NCBI GenBank assembly: GCA_963651555.1
Contig: CAVJQD010000001.1
Span: forward strand, 965 to 64,964
DNA: 64,000 bases
Direction: 5' to 3'
Origin: an uncultured Clostridium sp.
GTDB taxonomy: Bacteria; Bacteroidota; Bacteroidia; Bacteroidales; Paludibacteraceae
Shown here: one piece after another, positions 17,822-25,678 of the stretch
Layout of the letters: the number at the start of each line of letters is the position of its first letter
How positions within the stretch are numbered: the stretch's first letter is position 1
The notes under the pieces: model-generated
Told to the model about the DNA's origin: nothing
What the model saw: only the letters and a program-made list of their open reading frames with translations
The model's database searches: none
Position numbers and translations under genes: made by a program

Positions 17822-19126
17822 ATGTATAGAAGGTATTTTAGTTTGTTAATAGTCTGTTGCTGTATAAGTTATGCAGTAGCAGAGGTTCGTGTATTGGGCA
17901 TAGAAGAGATGTTCGAGATAGCGGACCAGAATAGTGTTGCTATTCGTGCAAGTCGGACAGCAGCCCAAGAAGCCGAGCAAGCAGTGAAGGTGAGTAAGAA
18001 CGGTTATATGCCGGACATTCACTTCTCGGCATCGGCGAGTTACATTGGTAATGTGTGGGTGGCAGACCGAGACTTCAAGAACGGTCAGACCTACGAAAGT
18101 CCACACTTAGGTAATCAGTTTGCGATCGATGTAGAGCAAGTGCTGTATGCTGGTGGGGCGGTAATGAACAGTGTTAAGATCAGTGAGTTGCGGGCAGAGT
18201 TGGCTAAGTTGAACATTGAGAAACAGACACAAGAAGTGCGTAACTTGCTTGTGGGGCACTATCTTGATTTATACAAGTGCCGTAATGTATTGAAGGTGTA
18301 TGACAACAACATCGAGTTGATGCAGCAAGTGATAGATGACATGCGGGCAAAGGCGGAGGCAGGTATTGCGTTGGACAATGATATTGTTCGTTATGAGTTG
18401 CAGAAGCAGAACCTTATCTACCTTCGTACTCAGTTACAGGGGACGATTGCGATATTGAATAATCAGTTGGTCGTGACTCTTGGATTGCCGACAGGGACAG
18501 AGATTATGCCGGATGAAGGATTGCTTGCTCAAGAACAGGCGGTGAGTGATGAGAGCAGTTGGCAAGAGAAGGCAGATGTTAACTCGAACGTTATAAAGAG
18601 TGCGGCTAAGGGTGTGGAGATCAGTGAGCGAGCCGAGAAATTGAGTAAATCGGGGTGGATACCCAAGATCGGTTTGGTTGCATCGAACCATTTGGATGGG
18701 CCTTTCACCTATGATATGCCTGCGATAGATAAGAACGTGAATGTATGGTATGTGGGTATAGGTCTTAGTTACGACATTGGCAGTTGGTATAAGACTACTC
18801 GCGAGGTGAAGCATAGCGAGGTTGCTTTGCAAAGCGCTAAGGATCAACAGGCGGTAGTGGAAGAGCAGGTTGACTTGGCTGTTCAGGCAGCGTATACTCG
18901 CTATATCGAGTCGTTTGAGCAGTTGCGTACTCAGCAGAAGAGTGTGGAACTGGCAACGGATAACTACAATGTGATAGCCGATCGATACGACAATGGATTG
19001 GTGGTGATAACGGACTTGATAGATGCAAGTAATGCAAAGTTATCGGCAGAGGTAGGTCTGACTAATGCGCAGATAGATATTGTCTGCAACTACTATACGC
19101 TGCGGTATGTGTCGAACACGCTGTAA
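17822..19126 (+). CDS. TolC-family outer membrane efflux protein
   Basis: Signal peptide and the two-repeat OEP architecture (LYAGGAV, NYNVIADRYDNGL...DLIDA). Confidence 0.85.
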   Translation: MYRRYFSLLIVCCCISYAVAEVRVLGIEEMFEIADQNSVAIRASRTAAQEAEQAVKVSKNGYMPDIHFSASASYIGNVWVADRDFKNGQTYESPHLGNQFAIDVEQVLYAGGAVMNSVKISELRAELAKLNIEKQTQEVRNLLVGHYLDLYKCRNVLKVYDNNIELMQQVIDDMRAKAEAGIALDNDIVRYELQKQNLIYLRTQLQGTIAILNNQLVVTLGLPTGTEIMPDEGLLAQEQAVSDESSWQEKADVNSNVIKSAAKGVEISERAEKLSKSGWIPKIGLVASNHLDGPFTYDMPAIDKNVNVWYVGIGLSYDIGSWYKTTREVKHSEVALQSAKDQQAVVEEQVDLAVQAAYTRYIESFEQLRTQQKSVELATDNYNVIADRYDNGLVVITDLIDASNAKLSAEVGLTNAQIDIVCNYYTLRYVSNTL

Positions 19127-19183
19127 GGGTCTATGTTTAATTTTTAATGTTTAATTTTTAATCCTTTGAAAATTCAAGTTATT

Positions 19184-20215
19184 ATGAAACGTCATACAAA
19201 GAAGATTATCTACAATTGTGTTATTATCATCTGTTTGGTAGGTGGTATAGTATGGACCGTGTGCCATTTTGTACATTTTGGCAAGGTAGAATATACGGAC
19301 AATGCCCAGATTAGGCAGGATATTGCTCCTGTTAATGCTCGTGTACAAGGCTTTATTGAAGAGGTACGGTTTGATGATTATCAGCATGTGAAAAAGGGGG
19401 ACACTTTGGTTATCATAGAGAGTGCTCCTTACCGGCTACAGGTAGCGCAGGCTGAGGCTAACTATCAGAATGCGTTAGCAGGTAAGGTAGTTACGAGTGC
19501 GTCTATCTCGACAACCGCTAACAACTTGGCAGTGTCGGATGCTACGATAGAAGAGGCACAGATACGACTAAAGCAAGCCGAGAAGGACTATCAACGATAC
19601 CAAACCTTGTGTGAGAAACGGGCTGTTACTCAGCAACAGTTGGACAACGCTAAGGCAGACTACGAGGCAGCGAAGGCAAGGTATGACATGTTGAGTAGAC
19701 AAAAGACGAGTACCTCTTTGGCAAAGGACGAGCAGACGGTTCGGTTGGACCAGAATGTGGCAACGATAGCCATGGCAGAGGCAGCAGTAGACTTGGCTCG
19801 TCTTAACTTGTCGTATACGGTAGTGCTGGCGCCTTGTGATGGGGTGACGGACAAAAAGAAAATACAAGTAGGGCAGTTGGTTCAGCCTGGTATGCTGCTC
19901 CTTAATGTGGTCGATACCAAGAATGCATGGGTTACCGCCAACTATCGTGAGCGTCAGTTGCGCCATATAGAAGAGGGCGCAGAGGTACGGGTGAAGGTAG
20001 ATGCCCTACCCGATGTTCGTTTGACTGGGCATGTGGAACGGTTGAGTCAGGCTACGGGTGCGAGTATGGTACTCAATCCGAGTGATAATGCGACGGGTAA
20101 CTTCATCAAAGTGGAGCAAAGGGTACCTGTTCGTATCAGTCTGGCAGAAAACGATTCGAGTGTATTGAGTCGTTTGCGTAGCGGATTGAATGTAGAGTGT
20201 GAGGTGCTTTATTAA
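19184..20215 (+). CDS. HlyD/EmrA-family periplasmic adaptor
   Basis: N-terminal TM, biotinyl-like lobes (YTDNAQI, V.FDDYQHVKKGDTLV, VLAPCDGVT) and a central coiled coil. ATG at 19184; the track start at 19166 is TTG. Confidence 0.85.
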   Translation: MKRHTKKIIYNCVIIICLVGGIVWTVCHFVHFGKVEYTDNAQIRQDIAPVNARVQGFIEEVRFDDYQHVKKGDTLVIIESAPYRLQVAQAEANYQNALAGKVVTSASISTTANNLAVSDATIEEAQIRLKQAEKDYQRYQTLCEKRAVTQQQLDNAKADYEAAKARYDMLSRQKTSTSLAKDEQTVRLDQNVATIAMAEAAVDLARLNLSYTVVLAPCDGVTDKKKIQVGQLVQPGMLLLNVVDTKNAWVTANYRERQLRHIEEGAEVRVKVDALPDVRLTGHVERLSQATGASMVLNPSDNATGNFIKVEQRVPVRISLAENDSSVLSRLRSGLNVECEVLY

Positions 20216-20224
20216 CTGTTGCGT

Positions 20225-21817
20225 ATGGAAGGACCACAGGTGTCTCAGCCTTTTAGCATCCCAGCGATGCGGGAGTTTGTTCCTCGCAAGATACAGCCGT
20301 GGATATATATATTGATGGCTTGTACCTTTCAGTTATCGTCGGGACTGTATATGGGCGGGATGAGCACGATGGTTGGTGAGCATTCGCTGCTGCGTGAGGA
20401 CCTCACTATGTGCTTATATTGTAACTTAGCGGGAATGGCATTGTATTTCCCTATGCTGTTCCGCATGAAGTTTCGTTTCACGAATAAGACGCTGCTTATG
20501 GGTGCAGCGTTGGGTGTTATTGTGTGTGATATAGCGACCATGTATGTCGAGTTCTTGCCACTACTATGGTTGATATGTTTTATCGAGGGATGTTGCAAGA
20601 TACAAGGTACTTTTGAGTGCATGAGTACGATACAGTTGTGGATGACACCTAAACGGGATTTCACTATCTTCTTTCCGATATTGCACATCATTGTGCTGAA
20701 CAGCATTCAAGTGAGCGATTACTTTGCGACATGCTTCACGGAATATCTGCATTGGAGTTGCTCGCACTGGTTGATGATTGGTCTGATGCTCTGCAACCTG
20801 TTGTTTCTTGCTACCTGCACGAGGCATGTGCACATCGGTAAGGCGATGCCGTTGTATGGGATAGACTGGTTGGGCGCCTTGATGTGGGCAGCGTTTTTCT
20901 TACAGGTGACTTATCTGTTCAACTATGGCGACCACTATAACTGGTTGGATTGGGATGCACTACCTTGGTTAGCAACGAGTTCGGTGTTAACCTTTGGGGC
21001 GTGCATCTGGCGTATGCGGGTTATTCGACACCCATACTACGCTCGGGAGATGTGGCGCTTTCACCCACGTTATTTTCACTTGCTGATATTGGCTTGCATC
21101 ATAGAAGTGATACTGGGGTGTGAGTCGGTGCTGGAGGAGATATTCTTTGAGAGCGGCATGCACTACGAGGAGATGTCGACGGCTCGATTGGACTGGTTGG
21201 CAGTGGGCGGTATCACTTGTGGGTGCTTGTTCTGTTGGCTATGGATGCACCGTTGGCAACAGTCGTATTTCCGTTTGATAACGATAGGTGTGGCGGGTAT
21301 TGTGGCTTATCTGCTACTTTTTTACACGACTATATCGACCGATATCAACATTGAACGGATGTACCTGCCGGTGTTCTGCAGGGGCTTTGCATCGGCTGTG
21401 ACGGGTGTAACGATGATGGTTGCACTACATGATATGATGAACTTTATGCTCTTCTTTCAGGCGTTGTCGGTGTTTCAAGCGATACACTTGTATGTAGGCG
21501 GTGTGTTGGGTTCGGCACTGTATTCGACTTGGGTTCGGTATACGGTTAATGACAACATCAGTCGTTACGGTGAGTTGCTGGATACGGCATCGGCAGAGAG
21601 TCGTACGGCGGCGGAGTTTGGGGAGTTTGTGGGTCATTATATGGAGCAGATGCAGGTGATATCGGTGAAAGAGATACTGGGTTGGCTGGTGATAGTGAGT
21701 CTGTTCTTCTTCCTGCTGCTGCTGTTCCATGATATGCCCGCTCGGCGTGAGTTGAAGCCGTTCCCGACATGGGAGAAGGTGAAGAAAATGGTGGCAAGTA
21801 TGGTGTGGATGAATTAA
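20225..21817 (+). CDS. Polytopic inner-membrane permease (divergent, MFS/DHA2-like by position)
   Basis: About 12-14 hydrophobic segments. It occupies the pump position after tolC-hlyD, but I cannot see the classical MFS GxxxDRxGRR motif. Confidence 0.5.
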   Translation: MEGPQVSQPFSIPAMREFVPRKIQPWIYILMACTFQLSSGLYMGGMSTMVGEHSLLREDLTMCLYCNLAGMALYFPMLFRMKFRFTNKTLLMGAALGVIVCDIATMYVEFLPLLWLICFIEGCCKIQGTFECMSTIQLWMTPKRDFTIFFPILHIIVLNSIQVSDYFATCFTEYLHWSCSHWLMIGLMLCNLLFLATCTRHVHIGKAMPLYGIDWLGALMWAAFFLQVTYLFNYGDHYNWLDWDALPWLATSSVLTFGACIWRMRVIRHPYYAREMWRFHPRYFHLLILACIIEVILGCESVLEEIFFESGMHYEEMSTARLDWLAVGGITCGCLFCWLWMHRWQQSYFRLITIGVAGIVAYLLLFYTTISTDINIERMYLPVFCRGFASAVTGVTMMVALHDMMNFMLFFQALSVFQAIHLYVGGVLGSALYSTWVRYTVNDNISRYGELLDTASAESRTAAEFGEFVGHYMEQMQVISVKEILGWLVIVSLFFFLLLLFHDMPARRELKPFPTWEKVKKMVASMVWMN

Positions 21818-21839
21818 CAATTAACAGTTAACAATTAAC
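21812..21839. repeat. AATTAAC heptamer array (4 units)
   Basis: AATTAAC AATTAAC AGTTAAC AATTAAC. The permease stop (21815-21817) is the first TAA. Confidence 0.85.
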
Positions 21840-21870
21840 AACACGGTTGATACAAACGAGCCTGAGGGCT

Positions 21871-21897
21871 CGGACGACACGGGGGCGTGTCGTCTCC
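21871..21897 (+). repeat. REP-like hairpin, copy 2
   Basis: GGACGACACG GGGG CGTGTCGTCTCCA, with a 9-bp perfect stem. Confidence 0.75.
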
Positions 21898-21911
21898 ACA
21901 ATCGTAGCTGC

Positions 21912-21985
21912 TTTCCCGCGGGCGAGGCGCCCGCGTCCCCAGCATTGTTGTTTTCGTTTCCGCGGGCGAGGCGCCCACGTCCCCA
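21912..21985 (+). repeat. Two direct copies of a GC-rich hairpin unit
   Basis: TTTCCCGCGGGCGAGGCGCCCGCGTCCCCA (21912-21941) and TTTCCGCGGGCGAGGCGCCCACGTCCCCA (21957-21985). Stem CGCGGGCG-AGG-CGCCCGCG. Confidence 0.8.
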
Positions 21986-22144
21986 AAAGGACGGTCTGGG
22001 GTCGTTGGAATTTGGGTGGAAATTGGGGTTTGGAATGGGTTTGTTTTGAGGTCGTTTTGGGGTCGTTTTTAGGTCGAAAAGACGATAATTTGGGGGTTCT
22101 TCGTGAAAAGCAGGTAAAAATCGGCGTAAAGGCAGTCTGGAAGC

Positions 22145-22240
22145 GGCTTAAGAGTAGGGAGAAAGTAGCATAAGGTAAGCTGTATCTACCGTGTATCTAC
22201 CGTGTATGTACCGTGTTTGTTTCGTCATAAGCCGCAGACA
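22145..22240 (+). repeat. Dispersed repeat core, copy B (96 bp)
   Basis: 94 of 96 nt are identical to 11604-11699, in the same orientation. Confidence 0.85.
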
Positions 22241-22264
22241 TGCTCGGGGCAAGTTGGGGGAAAT

Positions 22265-22440
22265 ATGCCTACCCACTGCCCTCTCCCTGAAGGACGGGAG
22301 GATAGAAGATGCCTACCCACTGCCCTCTCCCTGAAGGACGGGAGGATAGAAGATGTATATCCTCTGCACGTACCTGAGGGGAAGGGAGGTGGGGAGATGC
22401 CTACCCCCTGCGCGGGTCTAAAGGGCGGGGAGGTTGTTGG
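22265..22440 (+). repeat. 44-bp minisatellite, 4 units (2 identical, 2 diverged)
   Basis: ATGCCTACCCACTGCCCTCTCCCTGAAGGACGGGAGGATAGAAG at 22265 and 22309. Diverged units at 22353 and 22397; the last again starts ATGCCTACCC. Confidence 0.85.
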
Positions 22441-22515
22441 TGGGAGATTGTTTTGGAAAGGCTGGCTGATTGATAGAATAAGTGCAGGATATTTGCAGGG
22501 AATAAATCTTTTGTG

Positions 22516-22523
22516 TACCTTTG
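22516..22523 (+). promoter_or_regulatory. -7 promoter box TACCTTTG
   Basis: TAnnTTTG match about 93 nt upstream of the ATG at 22617. Confidence 0.5.
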
Positions 22524-22616
22524 CGAGTTGCGGAGGAGTCGGATAATCGACGGGGCGAGGTGCGGGGAGTCCTCCTATATAAACAACACTAAATCAGCGT
22601 AAAGCGACGAAAAGAT

Positions 22617-24581
22617 ATGGGCAAGAGTAAGACCTCAGGTGCATCTTATTACCAAGGTATTTCCCGAATATTCACATCAGCGTACATGCCTCGCTGGGGC
22701 GTGTTGCTATTAGACCTCTTCTTATGCGCGGTGGCGTACATAGTTAGTTACGCCATTGGGCAGAACTTGTTCCACTACGGTTTCGAGTCGTCTTGGCCAT
22801 TGTGGCAGCAGATGTGCCTATTGATGGGCTTTCAGTTGCTGTTTTTCATCGTGTTTAGAACCTATTCGGGCATACTTCGTTACTCGACATTCGTGGACAC
22901 GATCCATGTATTGCTCTCGGTGGTCTTGGCGGGTGTAAGTAACCTCATCGTGAACGGCGTGATAGCGCACGCAACAGGGCAGACAGTACTGCTGAACACG
23001 TTGCCTATTATGTACATCTTTGTGGCGTTTTTGCTGCTATTTTGCCTGCGTGTGGGCGTGAAGACACTGTACGAGACGGTCAGCAAGAACAACAACACGA
23101 AGGTACTGATATACGGTACGCAGTCGGCAGGGATAGCGATAGCCAAGATGCTTCGCAGTTCGATGGACGCACATTATCGGCCTGTGGGATTCATCGAGGA
23201 CGACAAGAAGCGGGATTTGCATACGCTGTTGGGCATGAGTGTGTATCACATGGACGACAAGTTGATACGTAAGATGGATGCGAAGGGTGTGAAGGACGTG
23301 ATAGTGTCTCCGCTTAAGATGAAGAGCATTGTGCCAAGTAGGGACTTGGCAATCTTCTTGAACAACAATATCCATGTGCTGACGGCTCCGAATGTGAGCG
23401 AATGGCACGAGGGTGACGATGCGAAGGAGCAGAGTAAACGGTTGCTTGCTATTAACTCGATACAGATAGAGGACCTGCTGGAGCGTCCGGAGATACACAT
23501 CAATACGGAGAATGTGCGTAACACACTGAAAGGAAAGACGGTGCTGGTGACTGGTGCAGCGGGTAGTATCGGCAGCGAGTTAGTTAGGCAAGTGCTTTCT
23601 TTTGAGCCGTATTCGGTTGTGTTATTGGAGCAGGCAGAGTCGCCTTTGCACGACTTGACCTTGGAGTTGAGGCATCAGTTTCCTAACCAGCACTTGGTAG
23701 CGACTATCGCTGATGTGCGCGACAGGGAGCGTGTGGAGGAGGTGATACGTAACTATCGTCCGGATGTTATCTATCATGCGGCTGCGTATAAGCATGTGCC
23801 ATTGATGGAGGACCATCCGAACGAGGCCATACGCGCCAATGTGAGCGGTACGAAGAATGTGGCGGATATGGCGGTGAAGTATGGCGTGGAGCGTTTTGTA
23901 ATGATCTCCACAGACAAGGCGGTGAACCCAACAAACATCATGGGTGCAAGCAAGCGTATTGCGGAGATATACGTTCAGTCGTTGTTCAAGAAGTTAGTTA
24001 AGGAGAATCCGAATTGCACGAAGTTTATCACTACTCGCTTTGGGAATGTGTTGGGGAGCAATGGAAGTGTCATTCCGTACTTCAAGAAGCAGATAGCAGC
24101 GGGCGGTCCGGTAACAGTGACTCACCCTGACATCATCCGTTATTTTATGACGATAGCCGAGGCGTGTTGCTTAGTGCTTGAGGCAGGTACGCTTGGGAAT
24201 GGGGGTGAGATATTTGTGTTCGACATGGGCCATCCGGTGAAGATTCTCGACTTGGCCAAGAACATGATCCGGTTGGCAGGTTTCGTTCCGGAACAGGATA
24301 TACAGATCGTATTCACGGGGTTGCGTCCTGGCGAGAAGTTGTATGAGGAGTTGCTCAACAAGAAAGAGACGACCTTGCCGACGGCTAACCCCAAGATCAT
24401 GATAGCGAAAGTGAGAGAGTTTCCTTTCGATGAGGTAGAGAAAGAGGTGGATGAGTTGATCCGTCTGAGTCATGAGGAGAAGCCTTTCTTGACGGTAACG
24501 CACATGAAGCAGATTGTACCGGAATATATCAGTCAAAACAGTATCTACGAACAGTTAGACGGTTCACACGCAAACGGCTAA
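22617..24581 (+). CDS. Membrane-anchored CapD/WbpM/PglF-type nucleotide-sugar 4,6-dehydratase
   Basis: N-terminal TM region, then the SDR core VLVTGAAGSIGSEL, YKHVPLME and STDKAVNPTNIMGASKR. Confidence 0.85.
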   Translation: MGKSKTSGASYYQGISRIFTSAYMPRWGVLLLDLFLCAVAYIVSYAIGQNLFHYGFESSWPLWQQMCLLMGFQLLFFIVFRTYSGILRYSTFVDTIHVLLSVVLAGVSNLIVNGVIAHATGQTVLLNTLPIMYIFVAFLLLFCLRVGVKTLYETVSKNNNTKVLIYGTQSAGIAIAKMLRSSMDAHYRPVGFIEDDKKRDLHTLLGMSVYHMDDKLIRKMDAKGVKDVIVSPLKMKSIVPSRDLAIFLNNNIHVLTAPNVSEWHEGDDAKEQSKRLLAINSIQIEDLLERPEIHINTENVRNTLKGKTVLVTGAAGSIGSELVRQVLSFEPYSVVLLEQAESPLHDLTLELRHQFPNQHLVATIADVRDRERVEEVIRNYRPDVIYHAAAYKHVPLMEDHPNEAIRANVSGTKNVADMAVKYGVERFVMISTDKAVNPTNIMGASKRIAEIYVQSLFKKLVKENPNCTKFITTRFGNVLGSNGSVIPYFKKQIAAGGPVTVTHPDIIRYFMTIAEACCLVLEAGTLGNGGEIFVFDMGHPVKILDLAKNMIRLAGFVPEQDIQIVFTGLRPGEKLYEELLNKKETTLPTANPKIMIAKVREFPFDEVEKEVDELIRLSHEEKPFLTVTHMKQIVPEYISQNSIYEQLDGSHANG

Positions 24582-24589
24582 GACAGACT

Positions 24590-25678
24590 ATGCTAATCGA
24601 TCTATTCACTCAGTATCCACAGACGCTTATTGCAATCAGTTTCTTGGTTGGTTTGTGCTGTATGCCTGTGGTGCGCGAGATTGCCAAGAAGAAACAGTTT
24701 GTGGTAAAGCCCAATAAGCGAACGAGTCACACAGGGGAGATACCAAGTATTGGGGGACTGGATATATGTTTCAGTTTCCTTACAGCCTACCTATTGTTTG
24801 AGGTGGACACGACGCTTGTTAGGCAGTCGCAGTTTATCATGATTGGTGTACTGACGATTACTATGATTGGGTTCACGGATGATATCTTGGACCTCAGTCC
24901 GTTGAGCAAGTTATTAGGCGAGATGTTGGCAGGTATTGCGCTGATTGTGTTTGCGGATATACGACTGACCCACCTGCATGGGTTCTTTGGTATCGGAGAG
25001 ATCAACATTGTGTGGAGTTACCTACTGTCGTTCTTTGTGTTGGCGGCTATTGTGAATGCACTGAACTTGATTGACGGTATCGACGGGTTGGCTTCAGGCT
25101 TGGGCATACTATACTGCGCCTGTTTCGGAATCTATTTCCACCTGTGCGGCAACCTACATTGGGCTGCGCTGGCGTATAGCATGATTGGTAGTCTAGCGGT
25201 GTTCTTCCTATACAATGTGTTTGGGCGTAAGAAGCGTAAGATATTCATGGGGGATTGTGGTTCGTTGCTGCTGGGATATATCTTGACGGCGTTTGTATTC
25301 CACTTCTGTGAGATGAATGCGTATCACGAGGTGCCGGACGAGATGTTGTGCAAGGCAGCACCGTCAGTGGCTATATGCATACTGACTATTCCTTTGTTCG
25401 ACACCGTACGAGTGATGTTCACTCGTATCAAGCATAAGCATTCGCCTTTCTTGCCCGACAAGAACCATGTACATCACTTGTTGTTGCGTATTGGTTTGAA
25501 CCACCTACAGACGACATGCGTGTTGCTTAGCGTATCGTTAGTGTTTGTGGGGCTTTCGTTTATTGGGCGCAATTGGAATGTCTGGCTGCTGTTTGGGGTC
25601 GACTTTGCCTTATGCATGCTGCTGACATGGATACTCTGGCGAGTGGTGGACAAGAAAACTGCACAAGAGCATGATTAG
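24590..25678 (+). CDS. WecA/WbpL-type polyprenyl-phosphate HexNAc-1-phosphate transferase (MraY family)
   Basis: Polytopic protein with NALNLIDGIDGLA and DCGS motifs. Confidence 0.8.
   Translation: MLIDLFTQYPQTLIAISFLVGLCCMPVVREIAKKKQFVVKPNKRTSHTGEIPSIGGLDICFSFLTAYLLFEVDTTLVRQSQFIMIGVLTITMIGFTDDILDLSPLSKLLGEMLAGIALIVFADIRLTHLHGFFGIGEINIVWSYLLSFFVLAAIVNALNLIDGIDGLASGLGILYCACFGIYFHLCGNLHWAALAYSMIGSLAVFFLYNVFGRKKRKIFMGDCGSLLLGYILTAFVFHFCEMNAYHEVPDEMLCKAAPSVAICILTIPLFDTVRVMFTRIKHKHSPFLPDKNHVHHLLLRIGLNHLQTTCVLLSVSLVFVGLSFIGRNWNVWLLFGVDFALCMLLTWILWRVVDKKTAQEHD

Noticed and set aside
21847-22546. ORFs of 108 aa and 114 aa in the intergenic region between the permease and the CapD-like gene.
   Set aside because: They run through the hairpin repeats, the dispersed 96-bp core and the 44-bp minisatellite, whose period is not a multiple of 3. 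Their translations are repeat-driven Arg/Gly/Pro strings.
22241-22616. Invertible (phase-variable) promoter upstream of the glycan locus, as in Bacteroides capsule loci.
   Set aside because: I found no pair of inverted repeats flanking the TACCTTTG box, and no recombinase gene is nearby. Only direct repeats are present.
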